64,000 nucleotides of DNA from Squalus acanthias (lineage: Eukaryota). The stretch spans positions 162,256,001-162,320,000 of the forward strand of contig CM059425.1 in assembly GCA_030390025.1 (NCBI GenBank). Reading direction: 5' to 3'. The position numbers were made by a program, and so were the translations under genes. This document shows positions 25,793 to 39,193 of this stretch, piece by piece (the first letter of the stretch is position 1; each line of letters opens with the position of its first letter). The notes below the pieces were generated by a model. That model searched no databases and had not been told where the DNA came from. It was given only the letters and a program-made list of their open reading frames with translations.

Positions 25793-28700
25793 TTGCTCTT
25801 TTATCTTCCTCTGACTGTTTGGGGGTCTATAGTACACTCCCAGCAGTGTGATCGTCCCTTTTTTGTTCTTCAATTCAACCCATGTGGCCTCATTTGATGA
25901 TCCTTCTAACATCATCCCTCCTCACAGTTTCTCTACCTCAGCCATACCCTGTGCCTCCATGCGTAGGTCTCCATTTTGGTCCCTAATCGGCCCCACCCCT
26001 CTTCTTACTACCCGTTTACTATTTATATGCCTATAGAAGACTTTTGGATTCCCTTTTATGTTAGCTGCCAATCTATTCTCATACTCTCTCTTTGCCCCTC
26101 TTATTTCCTTTTTCACTTCCCCTCTGAACTGTCTATATTCAGCCTGGTTCTCACTTGTATTCTCAACCTGACATCTGTCATATGCCCCCTGTTTCTGCTT
26201 CATCTTACTCTCTATCTCTTTCGTCATCCAGGGAACTCTGGCTTTGGTTGCCCTACCTTTCCCCCTCGTGGGAAGGTACCTCGACTGTACCCGAATCATC
26301 TCTTCTTTAAAGGCAGCCCATTATTCGATTACAGTTTTGCCTGCCAATCTTTCATTCCAATTTACCTGAGTCAGATCCATTCTCAACCCACTGAAATTGG
26401 CCTTCCTCCAATTAAGTATTTTTACTATAGATTGCCCCCTGTCCTTTTCCATAGCTAATCTAAACCTTATGATACTGTGATCACTGTTCCCTAAATGTTC
26501 ACCTACTGACACTTGCTCTACTTGACCCACCTCATTTCCCAGATCCAGCAATGCCTCCTTCCTCGTTGGACCGGAAACGTGCTGATCAAGGAAGTTCTCC
26601 TGAACACACTTCAGAAATTATTCCCCCTCTTTGCTCTTTACACTATTACTATCCCAGTCTATATTAGGATAGTTGAAGTCCCCCATTATCACTACTCTAT
26701 AGTTCTTGCACCACTCTGTAGTTTCCCTGCAAATTTGCTCCTCTATATCCTTCCCACTAGTTGGCGGCCCTATAGAATACACATAGTAGTGTAATGGCAC
26801 CTCTATTGTTTCTCAATTCTAACCAAATAGATTCTGTCCTTGACCCCTCCAGGACATCCTCTCTCTCCAGCAGTGTAATATTCTCCTCAATCAATACTGC
26901 CACCCCACCTCCTTTCTTTTCTTCCCTATCTTACCTGAACACCACCTTATATCCAGGAATATTTAATACCCAATCCTGCCCTTTTTTGAGCCAGGTCTCC
27001 ATTATCGCCACAACATCATATTCCCATGTGTCTATTTGCGCCTGCAGCTCACCAACCTTATTTACCACATTTCGTGCATTCACACACATGCACTGTAAAC
27101 GTATCTTAGACCTTTTATTCTCTTAGTCAGGCCTAGTTGACCCAATCTCTCCTCTATGACAAGTATATCCTTTCTTAGGTAAGGAGACCAAAACTGCATA
27201 CACTACTCCAGGTGTGGTCTCATCAAGGCCCTGTACAACTGTAGTAAGACATCCTTATTCCTGTACTAAAATTCACTTGCAATGAAGGCCAACATACCAT
27301 TTGCCTTCCTAACTGCTTGCTGCACCTGCATGTTTGCTTTCAGTGACTGGTGTACAAGGACACCCAGGTCCCTTTGTACATCAGCATTTCCCAATCTAGC
27401 ACCATTTAAAAATACTCTACCTTTCTGTTTTTCCTATTGAAGTGGATAACTTCACATTTATCCACGTTATACTGCATCTGGCATGTATTTGCCCACTTAC
27501 TCAACTTGTCTAAATCGCCTTGAAGCCTCTTTGCATCCTCCTCACAACTCACAATCCCACCTTGTTTCGTGTCATCAGCAAACTTGGAAATATTACATTC
27601 GATTCCCTCATCCAAATCATTGATATATATTGCGAATAGCTGGGGCCCAAGCACTGATCCCTGCAGTGCCCCACTAGTCACCGCCTGCCACCCTGAAAAA
27701 GACCCATTTATTCCTACTCTCTGTTTCCTGTCTGTTAACCAATTTTCAATCCATGCCAGTATATTACCCCCAATCCCATGTGCTTTAATTTTGCACACTA
27801 ACCTCTCATGTGGGACTTTATCAAAGGCCTTCTGAAAATCCAAATACACCACATCCACTGGTTCTCCCTTATCTATTCTACCAGTTACATCCTCAAAACA
27901 CTCCAGTAGGTTTGTCAAACACGATTTCCCTTTCAGAAATCCAGGTTGACTTTGTCTAATCCCGTTGATTTTTTCTAAGTGTCCTGTTATCACATCCTTT
28001 ATAATCGACTCTAGCATTTTCCCTGCTACTGATGTTAGGCTAACCGGTCTGTAGTTCCCTGTTTTCTCTCCCTCCTTTTTTAAATAGTGGGGTTACATTT
28101 GCCACCCTCCAATCTGCAGGAACTGTTCCATAATCTATAGAATTTTGGAAGATGACAACCAATGCATCCACTATTTCCATGGCTACCTCTTTTAGTACCC
28201 TGGGATGCAGATTATCAGGCCCTGGGGATTTATTGACTTTCAGTCCCATTAATTTCTCCAGCACACTTTTTTTTTCTAATACTAATTTCCTTTAATTCCT
28301 CCTTCTCACTCGACCCTTGGTTCCCTCACATTTCTGGGAAGTTATTTGTGTCCTCTTCCGTGAAGACAGAACCAAAGTATTTGTTTAATTGCACTGCCAT
28401 TTCCTTGTTACCCATTATAAATTCTCCTGTTTCTGACTGTAAGGGACCTACATTTGTCTTCACTAATCTTTTTTCTTTTTACATACTTGTAGAAGCTTTT
28501 ACAATCCGCTTTTATGTTCCTTGCAAGTTTACTCTCGTACTCTATTTTTCCCCTCTTAATCAATCTCTTGGTCCTTTTTTGCTGAACTCTAAACTGCTCC
28601 GAATCCTCAGGCTTGCTACTTTTCGTGGCAACTTTATATGACTCCTCTTTGGATCTAATACTATCCTTAATTTCTTTTGTTAGCCATGGTTGGGCCGCTT

Positions 28701-31497
28701 TTCCTTTTGTGTTTTTGCGCCAGAAAGGAATGTATAACTGTTGCAATTCATGCATTCGTTCCTTAAATGTTAGGCATTGCCTATCCACCGTCATGCCTTT
28801 TAATGAAGCTCCCCAATCTATCATAGCCAACTCACTCCTCATACCTTCGTAGTTTCCTTTGTTTAGATTTAGGACCCTAGTTTCGGATTGGACTTCTTCA
28901 CTTTCCATCTTAATGAAGAATTCTATCATGTTATGGTCACTCTTCCCTAAAGGACCCCGCACAACAAGATTATTAATTAACCCCTTCTCATTGCATAATA
29001 CCCAATCTAGGATAGCCTGTTCCCTAGTTGGCTCCTCAACGTACTGGTCTAAAAAACCATCTCGTACACACTCCAGGAATTCATCCTCCACAGTATTATT
29101 GCTAATTTGGTTTGGCCAGTCATGATTAATGTAGTACCCTTGTTACATGCATCTCTAATTTCCTGTTTGATGCCATCCCCTACATTACCACTACTGTTTG
29201 GAGGCCTATAGATAACTCCCACCAATGTTTTCTGCCCCTTGGTGCTTCTTAGTTCCACCCAGACTGATTCTACATCTTTATTTTCTGAGCCAATATCCTT
29301 TCTCACTATTGCTCTGATTTCATCCTTTACTAACAAGGATACCCCACCTCCTTTTCCTTTTTGCCTGTCCTTCCTAAATATCGAATATCCTTGGATATTC
29401 AGCTCCCAGCCTTGGTCACCCTGCAGCCATGTCTCCGTAATCGCAATTATATCGTATCCGTTTACATCTATTTATGCTGTTGATTCGTCTACCTTATTAC
29501 GAATGCTTCATGCATTCAGATACAGTGCCTTTAGATTTGTCTTTTTCACATTTTTAGACATTCTAACACTTTTTTGTACTATGGCCCTATTTGTCTTATT
29601 ACTGCACCATTTTTTCTTACCCGGGCCCTATTTGTTAGTGCACTCCTTTGTTTGTACGCTCTGTCCCTTCCTGACACAATCTGGTTATCCTTACCCCAAT
29701 CTCTTTCCTGCACTGCTTCCTTGTCTTTTCTCTTTAGCCTTCTAGATTTCTCTCCACCAGGACCCTCCCCCCCCCCCCACCCCCTTATTTAGTTTAAAGC
29801 CCTATCTACCTTCCTGGTTATTCGATTCGCTAGAACTCTGGTCCCAGCATGGTTCAGGTGTAGTCCGTCCCAACGGAACAGCTCTCTTTTTCCCCAGTAC
29901 TGGTGCCAGTGCCCCACGAATCAAAACCCACTTATCCTCCACCAATCTTTCAGCCACGCATTCATCTCCCTGATCCTATTGACCCTATGCCAATTTGCTC
30001 GTGGCTCCGGTAATCCAGAGATTGTGACCTTTGTGGTTCTGCTTTTTAATTTAGTCCCTAGCTGCTCAAACTCTCTCAGCAGAACCTCTTTCTTTGTCCT
30101 ATCTATGTCGTTGGTACCTACGTGGACCATGACAACTGGATCCTCCCCCTCCCACTCCAAGTTCTTCTCCAGCTGGAGGAGATGTCCTTTACCCTGGCAG
30201 GCAACATAGCCTTTGGGACTCACGCTCCTGGCTGCAGAGGACAGTGTCTATCCCCCTAACTATACTGTCACCTACTACAGCCACCTTCCTTTTTACTCCC
30301 CCCACTTGAACCGCTTCCTGTACCATGGTGCTGTGGTCAGTTTGCTCGTCCTCCCCGCAGTCCCCGCACTGGTCCACAAGGGTTGCAAGAACCTCGAATC
30401 TATTGGACAAGTGCAGGGACTGAGGCTCCTGCAATACTACCTCCTGGATCCCCGTACCTGCCTAAAATCTGTCTGTAGGACCTCCTCCCTCTTTCTACCT
30501 ATGTCGTTGAAACCGATATGGACCACGACCTCTGGCTGTTCACCCTCCCCCCTCAGAATGTTCTGCAGCCGCTCAGTGACATCCTTGACCCTGGCACCAG
30601 GGAGGCAACATACCATCCTGGATTCATGTCTGCGGCTGCAGAAACGCCTGTCTGTTCCCCTAACTATCGAATCTCCTATCATTATTACTTTCTTGATCTT
30701 CCTCCTGCCCACCCTGTACAGCTGAGCCACCCATTGTGCCGTGGACTTGGCTCTGGCTGTACTCCCCAGAGGAACCATCGTCCTCACCAGTATTCCTGAA
30801 TACTGATTGGAGAATGGGATGCTCTCGGGACTCCTGCACTACCTGCCTGGTCCTCCTTGTCTGTCTGACGGTCACCCATTCGCTCTCTGCCTGCACACTC
30901 TTGCTCTGCGGTGTGACCACCTCCTGAAACGTGCTATCCACCTAGCTCTTAGCCTCACGGATGCACCGCCGTGATGCCAGCTGCTGCTGAAACTCAGAAA
31001 CCTGGAGCTTGAAGCTCCTCCAGCTGACAACACTTCCTGCACATGTGGTTGTCCAGGACACAGGAAGCGTCCTGGAGTTCCCACATGGCATAAGTTGTGC
31101 ATTCCACGGACTGAGGTGCACTGCCATGCCTCTACTTCATCGACTATTAAGTAACTTAACAGAAATAAACTTAAGACTTAAAAAAAAAAAACAATCAGCA
31201 CCTTCCCTTGTGCTGATGTCACTTACCTCGCTCCCTGACACTCGCGCTCCCTCCAGGCTCTTGGGCCTACCTTTATCTGCGGCCGCATGTCCGCTCTCGT
31301 GTCCATTAACTTCGAGACCTTGGGTTCTGTGGCTCCGCTCTTTTTCCATTAGACATCTCACCCGCCTTCTTCCTCCTCCACTGAATTCATGCGCTCACCA
31401 AGCTTTTCCACTTTGCTTGTGATCCACTCCGTTTGCGTTCTCCTAGCTCTGTCTCCAAGCTCTATGCTTCTCAACTTCTGTACAGATTTTGCTAATT

Positions 31498-31686
31498 CCT
31501 GCCTGGATGTGATGCTGGGGGCTGTAAGGGCCCACAGGGAGATACTGTTTCCTGCTGACGAGAGGAAGAAGCATGCCAGTGAAAGCAAGAAGGTGTGGCT
31601 GGAGGTTGATCAGGAGTGAGTATGGTGCCACTCCTGGATTTAGTGCTTAAAGTGGTTTAATGACCTAATGCCAGGAAAGGTGAGTA
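31498..31686 (+). repeat. isolated copy of the Harbinger Myb/SANT first-exon segment
   Basis: near-identical to 32868-33073. Confidence 0.88.
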
Positions 31687-31902
31687 AATTGGTCATAGGT
31701 TCAGCAAAAATGCTGTGGTTGAGAAACACAATTTTGAACTGACAGCTTCAAAGACAAAATAATGTAAAATAAATTAAAGATTAGGATTTAAAAAAATCAG
31801 TTGTACGTATTTTTTATTGACTTGGTTTGGGCTATGATGCAAATATGTTTGTTCCAAAATAACTTTATCATAATGGAAACTTAGACTTGTGATTCCTTTC
31901 AG

Positions 31903-32048
31903 ATTGCAATCAAGAGGAAATAGAGATGTTGCTTAAACTGATACCGTCACCTTGGCTGCAAATGTTCACTGCACATGCTATCTATAAGCAGATATGCTGC
32001 AATAATGGCATCGAAATCACTGAAAAATCTTTCTCACTCCACCAAATT
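31903..32048 (+). CDS. SLF1: SLF1 exon (phase 1 to 0)
   Basis: tttcag|AT...ATT|gtgagt; EEIEMLLKLIPSPWLQMFTAHAIYKQIC (SLF1 SSWLQMFVAEAVFKKLC). Confidence 0.94.
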
Positions 32049-32824
32049 GTGAGTATTAGTTTTGTCCGAAGTCTGTTGCACATGGCAAATCATTTGAACT
32101 TGCCTTTTTCTGCCAGGCTGCTGTGTATATAAACTTACTACCCCCCTCATCCCCTATTCAATTTACAAGTTACAAAAACCATTGTATGACAACATTTGAA
32201 GAAATTCTGAAATGTAATTTTTATTGAGTCTTGGGTTTCCTTATATAGCCTGGTTATTGTGTAACTAAATTTGTTTGGGGAAGAGTGGGTGTAGTTATTT
32301 TGTGATTATGGTATTGAATTCTTCATTCAGTGATAGAAGGATTATTTAATATGTTTCATAATTTTCTTACTGAATGGAATGTTAAATTTGGACTAAAGAG
32401 ACTAATTTAGTTGTTGGACTTTGAGATTGCAAAAGGTATCACCATGCCTTTAAATAGTTAAATATAACTTATAAAACAATTGCTTTACATGTTCTACAGA
32501 ATTCCTTGTTTTAACTCCTAAGTATGGAATTGTTTAACGTAATATAAATGGAAACAGTGGGGGGAATTTTAACTTGCGGCGACATGCTGGGAGCGTGGGT
32601 GGGGGTTCCGGTAGCGCGCAAGAAACCCGGAAGTAAGTGCAGCGCGTCTGTCGGTGGCTTTCACTGCATTTGCATCTGGCTTCTGGGTTTCCTGACCAAT
32701 TAGGTTGAGCGGGTGTGATGACAACCCGCATGAGTCGATTTCAACTCCAATATTTAAAGGGACCCTGCAAAGATGACAGTTGATGGATTCTGGATTTGGG
32801 AGAACAAAGGAAGGAACTGTCAGA

Positions 32825-33600
32825 ATGGAGCCCCAAAGTTCCAAGTCTGTGCCTGGCTTTACTGATGCCTGCCTGGATGTGATGCTGGGGGCTGTAAGGG
32901 CCCGCAGGGAGATACTGTTCCCTACTGATGGGAGGAAGAAGCGTGCCAGTGAAAGCAAGAAGGCATGGCTGGAGGTTGGTCAGGAGGTGAGCAGCAGGAG
33001 TGAGTATGGTGCCACTCCTGGATTTAATGCCTAAAGTGGTTTAATGACCTAATCAGACCAGGAAAGGTGAGTACACTGGCATATTCAACTACATCCTGAT
33101 GTGTGTATCACGCCAACCCCCTCACTCTGCCTTCTCAAGCCTACTCCAGCACATCACTCCTCACAACAACTTACCTTGCAGGGGCACCCATCCCCCTCTG
33201 TCTATGCACCTCCTCACATCCCCATCTGTCCATCCACCACTGACACTCTTCCCTCATAATGCAAACAATGCAAATGCTGAACCTCGGGGACTGTCGACGA
33301 AGAGGACACTTCTGGAGCAGCAGCAAAGAATGTGCAATGTACTGGCAGGCTTTCCAGCCGCACTGTGCATGCTTGCAGAGAGATTGAAGAAGTTTGTCTC
33401 GAGCATGAGTGGCATGCTGTCGCAGGCCTTTGCAATGATGTCTTCGTCCATGGAAAGAGTGGCCACCTGCATGGAGCATCAAATGCAGCATTCAAACGAG
33501 CACATACAGGCCCTCACCAATGGCTTGCACACTATGAATGCCACCTTCAATAGGATTGATGAAACCCTAGCCGTGGCCATTCATCGCCCCACTGATTAGC
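32825..33600 (+). pseudogene. Harbinger Myb/SANT-like DNA-binding gene, frameshifted
   Basis: FTDACLDVMLGAVRARREILFP...KKAWLEV...FNDL; donor AAG|gtgagt at 33066; downstream coiled-coil-like ORF 33099..33599. Confidence 0.8.
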
Positions 33601-34244
33601 ACACTGCTAGCAGGGAAGTGCGGGTGGCCCATGAGAGGGATGATGGTGAAAGGGGACATGGAAGTAGGGACTCTGCTCAAAGCGCATCCACTTCTCACCC
33701 GTTGTGCGCCCCCCCCCCCCCCCCCCCCCCAGTTCGTACTCTACATGCTGCCTTGTGTCAAGATGACCTAGTCTGCCCCTGCACAGGTGCAGGTGGAGCA
33801 GTCTTTGGCGAGGCCTTCACGGGCTCCAAAACCCAGAGGATGTCGGCCAAGAGCATCTCAGCAGTCAGGTCAGGGATCTGAGCAGCCTGCCTCTACTTTT
33901 GAAGCCACAGGGGTTGCATCACATAAGTGCTAGGTAGAAGAAGAGTAAGGATTTGTAGTTGCACATGGGTGTGTTACACAATGTTAGATTGTTAAGTTTC
34001 TGTTTAATTTTTGAGCCACATAAAAATTATTTGTTTCCACCACATTCCCATTTTGCCCATTCTTGGCTACTGTCTGTAAAGAGACCCTTTCACTTGTGAT
34101 GAATGGCAAGACAAGACTTAACACCGAGCAATGGGTGGCTGTGAAAGGGATGCTTGGTTGATTGCAGGATTGCTTTGTGTTGGGGGAAGGGGGTGGTGGA
34201 AGTGGATTTAGCATGTGGCTGCCAGATGGGTGCACTGGTGGAAC

Positions 34245-35286
34245 CTAACTGAACCTCACCATTATGAGGGCATCCCGGGCAGCATTGTGCACAGCTGCTG
34301 GTGCATTGGCCGCATTACATTCCTCCTCCTCCGAAGAGGCTCTGTGCCTTGCTCCTCCTGAAGGTCCAAACCTCGCTGCTGTGCAGTGTTGTGCAGAGCG
34401 CAGCACACCACGACCATTCAGGAGACCCTGGCTGGTGCATATTGAACGGCACCTCCAAATCTGTCGAGGCACCTGAAGCGCATCTTCAGCATGCCAATTG
34501 CTTGCTCAATTACACATCTGGTTGTCATATGGCTTTCATTGTAGTGCTCCTGGGCCTCATTGGTTGTGTTCCTCACAGGTGACACCAGCCACGTTTTAAG
34601 TGGGTACCCCTTGTCTCAAAGCAGCCAGGCGGTAAGTCTGCTTTGAAGTGCGAAGAGGTCAGGGAGGGTGGACTGGCGCAGGATAAAATCATCATAGCAG
34701 CTGCTTGGGAATCTTGCGCACACCTGCACAATCATCTTTTTGTGGTTGCACATCAGCTGTACATTGATGGAGTGGAAGCCCTTGCGGTTGATGAACACTC
34801 CTGGGTTATATGGGGGTGCCTTAATTGCCACGAGCATGCAGTCGATGACGCCCTGCACCTGTGGGAAGCCATCCAGAGCTGCAAACCCGAGCACTCACTC
34901 ATTCTGACTGCCATCAGATCCCTTGAAGGAGCCAGAGGCAAAGAAGTTGAGCGCGGTGGTGACTTTAATAGGCACTGGTAAAGCGTGGACACCAGATCCA
35001 CATGGCAGCAGGTCTTCTTACAGCAGGCTGCAAATGTCTGCCACCACTTGACACGAGACCCTTAGCCTCCTGAGACACTGGTGTTCTGACATGTCCAGGC
35101 AGTTTATCCTCTGCCTATACACCCTGTGTTGTGAGCTGCACCACTCTGCTCATCCCCTCTCTCCTGTGGAGTGGCAGGTCTGTGAGAAGAAGGCTGCTGC
35201 TGGTGCTCTTTCTGCTGCTGTTAATGCTGCTGGTCATCTTGGTCCTCATCTGAGGTCCAAGCTAAAACAGCATGAGCGACACCCAT
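34245..35286 (-). pseudogene. Harbinger (HARBI1-like) DDE transposase, disrupted
   Basis: [11 protein letters not shown]...[16 protein letters not shown]...ARFP...D.FILRQS...WLL*DKGYPL; stops and frameshifts. Confidence 0.9.
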
Positions 35287-36064
35287 GCTGATCTGATGGA
35301 TCACAGCTGCAAAGTGGAGATCAGACGCACAAACCTTCAAAGTAGTGAAAGTCACCTCTCAGAACAAGTACTGTTGTGAGCAAAAGCCTTTCACACAATT
35401 AGGCAAGAAAGCAGCTGTGAGGTTTCAGTACTTGTGGGAATTTTTGCCCGTCGTTTCTTCAGCCCCCTCACTTGCTGCTGTGTTCTCTCCTTGCTTTCAC
35501 TGGTGAGTTCCAGGAAACCCATGCACCCACAGTTTAATCCCAAAACCCATGTTAATATCGCTTTTAATGAGCTATTAACATTGAAATTAACAACCCTCCT
35601 CTCCCGAGGGGGCTGCTTGCATGCAGCCTAACGCGCTGCAGTTAAATGCAGAAGTCAGCGGGTTGGAGCCGGCTTCCCGACGCGCTGCCAGTTTCAGCAC
35701 TTTTAACTCCCCATTCGCTCCTGCAAGTAAAAATTCCCCCTGTGATTTTTGTGTTGTATTACTCAGTATTACTATTGCATTTTAAGCAGTCAATGTTTTT
35801 GTATCTTTTGATATTCTAAGAGGAGTTAGTGAAATTAAAGCATGGTTATATTATTGGATTATGGTGCTTGAGCAGCAGCTGTGCAGTTGAAATGTTCATA
35901 GTTATATATGCAGACAGAAGTGGCAAACAAGAAGGAAAAAAGTACCTCTGAGTATGACCTTATATTAGATCAGTAGTGACTGACTTTTAGGGCAGATGCC
36001 ATTCAAGTCCCACTGAGGCAAGTGGACTATAAAACTCATTGAATGAATTTTCCTGTCCTGATAG

Positions 36065-36234
36065 ATCTCTTCATATTTAATAGCCCTGGGGAGGCTAGGA
36101 AGTTGTAGGAAAGTGATGGTGAAGGACCCCAAGGGAAAGAAGATGGGACAGTGGCCTTGGCCTGAACCTTTGAGGCCGTCACTTACTTTAACTGGTGACA
36201 GGCAGAAGCATGTGGAAGCGCTGGCCATTCTAGC
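36065..36234 (+). CDS. SLF1: SLF1 exon (phase 0 to 2), absent from the ORF track
   Basis: ttttcctgtcctgatag|ATC...GC|gtgagt; ISSYLIALGRLG...KKMGQWP...TGDRQKHVEAL (SLF1 VYSYLPALGKTG...KKIGQRP...NGTKQKQVEGL). Confidence 0.92.
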
Positions 36235-38126
36235 GTGAGTAATTCTTACAACATCACTGCTTTAAAGTGACTTCTGGGAAAGCTGTTGGACTGAAATGGT
36301 TCATAGCCTTTTGGTGACCCGTATTTTGTTACCAGCTAATCTTAGTCAGTGGCAGAAAGCCAATTTTTTTCTTTTGAATGGCTTGGCATCAAATGCAGAA
36401 AATAACTTGTCATGTAAAAGTGTATATGTATGAATTTTCATTTTATGGACTTGATTTCCTCTGCTATCTGGTAATGCATGGACTTTATGCTGTATTAAAT
36501 TTCAAAAGTATTGTGGAAAAGTGGTTTGTTCAACCAGTATTAGTTAAGGTTGATGGGTAATTGCAACTTAACTGGCTTTTTTTAAAAAAAAGTAATATTT
36601 AATAGCCTATTATAAATTAAATTTAAAATCCATATTTTATATTCTAATTTTTCATTTGAATAAAACATTGCAGGAGAATTATTTGCAATTTCAGTTTGAA
36701 TTGGGCAACTGAATGAAGAGCAGTCAGGAGCAAAAACAGAGCAGTGTCAATGTGGACTCACGGCAAGCTCAGAAAATCCAATCTAGGTCTTCAAGCGTTT
36801 CAAGTGCAAATTATTGCACCAGTGGTCAAAATACTTCCATTAAATATTGCAAGTCTTCAAAGTAGAAGCTTTTCTAAGCAAATAAGCCAATACCACCACA
36901 AAAGTTTGTAACAGAGCTTCTGGCTAATCTGGAGCAATGCCATGAGAGGTCTAATAGTAATAGAAGAAAAACTACATATTTCCTATCCTGTGCCGCACAT
37001 CCTGTGCAACACTTTGGCAACATGCTATGTCTCCCAGGCTGATTTCTGTTACATTTGGATCTGATGGGCTGGAATTTGATATCCGTAAAGTGACAACAGG
37101 TCACCTCTGTCGGATGCCTGGTGCTCACGTTTGACTGAGGCTGCTATCTGTGCACTTGGTGCAGCCCTGAGCAATGCCATGGACGGCCTTTTTAAAAAAT
37201 AAAAAAAATGCCCATTCAATGATTTGTCTACTGCTACCCTACAGCTTGCCTGCCCACATCTTTCCTAACCCCACCTGATCTTGTTTCCAGCCCAGCCCAT
37301 GCTGATCCATTCTGGATGGTTTTCAGTGCTTTATACTGTTTTTTCAAATGAAAATTTCAACTCCAGTCAGCTTCAACCAGGAATGTGCCTGATAAGTTGG
37401 GACAGGACTTCTCGGTAGGGAAGTAATTCACTGCTTGCCTCCACCCAGTGCTACCAAACCCGAAGAATCTATTAGTGAGCTCAAATCAATAGTCCCACCT
37501 CCTCCAGTTATGCCATATCCTAACCTGCTCCCATTGCTACAAAATTCCCTGTGTTTACTTCCAACCTGGTACATATTGCTTACCATGCTTATGTGAAATA
37601 GAATGGCATCAGTTTCTTTGGTTTACAAAAGATTGCTTGTCCTAGAAGTTGGTAAGTAGTACTCCGTGCATGGATGTGACTATATGCACCCAGGAGGCCT
37701 GTCTTCCTCTTTCCCAACCCATCCATGTTCTGCAATGCTGTAAGAAGACAATAGAATTGCAGCTCCCTGCTAGCATTGTTTTTAAATTGGTATATTTATT
37801 GCATCAATTGATGCAGTGTACAACTTCTTCCCAATATAATTAGATTGTTGTCACATTATGCTTCAGCAAGTATCAGTCCAAGGAGCCTGCTATATTATAA
37901 TTCAAAATTATATTCAGTTCAAAGTGATTGCTATGGATTGTTCAAATTGTAAGTGCCATCACACAAGGCTGCTAATAGTTAATAGTGTCAGTGAACTCAA
38001 TATTTTAGTTCCAATATCCAAAGTATATCAGATGAATATAATATTTGTTATGCGTCAATACTATACTTTGTAATGCTTTATGTATAAAAGAATTGTAACA
38101 ATCTATTTTATTGGTTTTTTTTCTAG

Positions 38127-38215
38127 AGAGCAGAATCTTCCATTAGTAGCAAAGAGGAATACTTCTCTGGAAGCTAAGGAAACCAAAACTAGATCCAGTA
38201 AAATAAATCTGAAGG
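38127..38215 (+). CDS. SLF1: SLF1 exon (phase 2 to 1), ending just before the ankyrin domain
   Basis: poly-T + ctag|A GAG...AAG G|gtaaga; ends SKINLKG (SLF1 HKTNLKG). Confidence 0.9.
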
Positions 38216-39193
38216 GTAAGAACTTAATTGTTCAACTATAAATTAAGTAGCGATAGGCTGTTCAGTTCTCGGGTATCACAGCTAAGTTTCATCCTGTCCT
38301 TGCCTGATGCCCATATGCACTTCCAGCAGGGGTCAATAGGCGGCAATTAGGAACAGGTGTCCTAGCTCATTTACTTTTCCTCCATAGCCAGAGGCACTGG
38401 CTGCAGCAGTTTGCAGAGTTCCTGTTCTGTTTTGAGCTGAAAAGATTTGCTCTGCAGTGAAGAATCAAATGTAGAAATACTATTTATTAAATGTACATGT
38501 TTATTTGTGTGTCTTAATCGCATCTTGGATTTTTTTTAATTCATCCCTCAACAGCACCGCCCCCCCCCCCCCGCCAGTCCCCACCTAATTAATTTTCAGG
38601 ATGCAGGTTTTAACCATGAACCCCACAATTTAAATGCTTCAAAAACAAGGCTGTTAGAGATCCTGGGGCAATGATTGCTCATTTACCACCAGCGCATAAA
38701 ATTGTTCGTATCGCCTTTTCCAACTTTTATAGGGCATCATCTTGTTTCACCGAATTTTTATTTCATTTGACACTGGTTCATCTGCCACTTTTGTGTAATC
38801 TGCTGGGTGTCCTGGACCATGGACCAATCAGATTCCATAAAAACTGAAACGATGAAGAATTTCAATCTTTTTCAATACAAATTAATAGGTTAGCCATTTG
38901 TGATGTTACTGGCGCAGACCTTCATGATGCCATATTTAAATATTTTGCTGTTGAAATCTTCATTCCCAAGCTTGCTGTACTAGCCGTTCTAAAGTATAAA
39001 ACACAGTAACAAGGGTTAATTTTGATCTACATGATTACAAATCTTGCATCGAGCAGGTCTGTTCCACTTGAATGTGTTACACATTCAAGTTATATATCAC
39101 ACTTGCACTTGATTTTTTTGAAAAATCATAATTTCAAAAAGACAACATCGCATCTGCAAAATTAGGAAATGTACTAATAAAGAATTAGCATAC

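Larger units (their letters stand above)
19718..31490 (-). mobile_element. nested cluster of at least three CR1 LINEs, including ORF1 regions
   Basis: 3' tails at about 19718 and 22221; many RT/endonuclease fragments on the - strand; ORF1 remnants with GDSIVRG and VHVGTNDI esterase motifs (29900-30800) and a Cys-rich N-terminus near 31000-31100. Confidence 0.9.
32560..35740. mobile_element. decayed autonomous-type PIF/Harbinger transposon
   Basis: TIR GGGGGAATTTTAACTTGC / GCAAGTAAAAATTCCCCC (17/18); convergent Myb/SANT gene (+) and DDE transposase (-). Confidence 0.92.

Noticed and set aside
36674..36790. Purine-rich segment after ttgcag as an SLF1 exon
   Set aside because: Stops in all three frames; the expected exon is 36065-36234
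39066..39090. 25-nt near-perfect palindrome ACTTGAATGTGT-T-ACACATTCAAGT
   Set aside because: Single isolated instance with no supporting context
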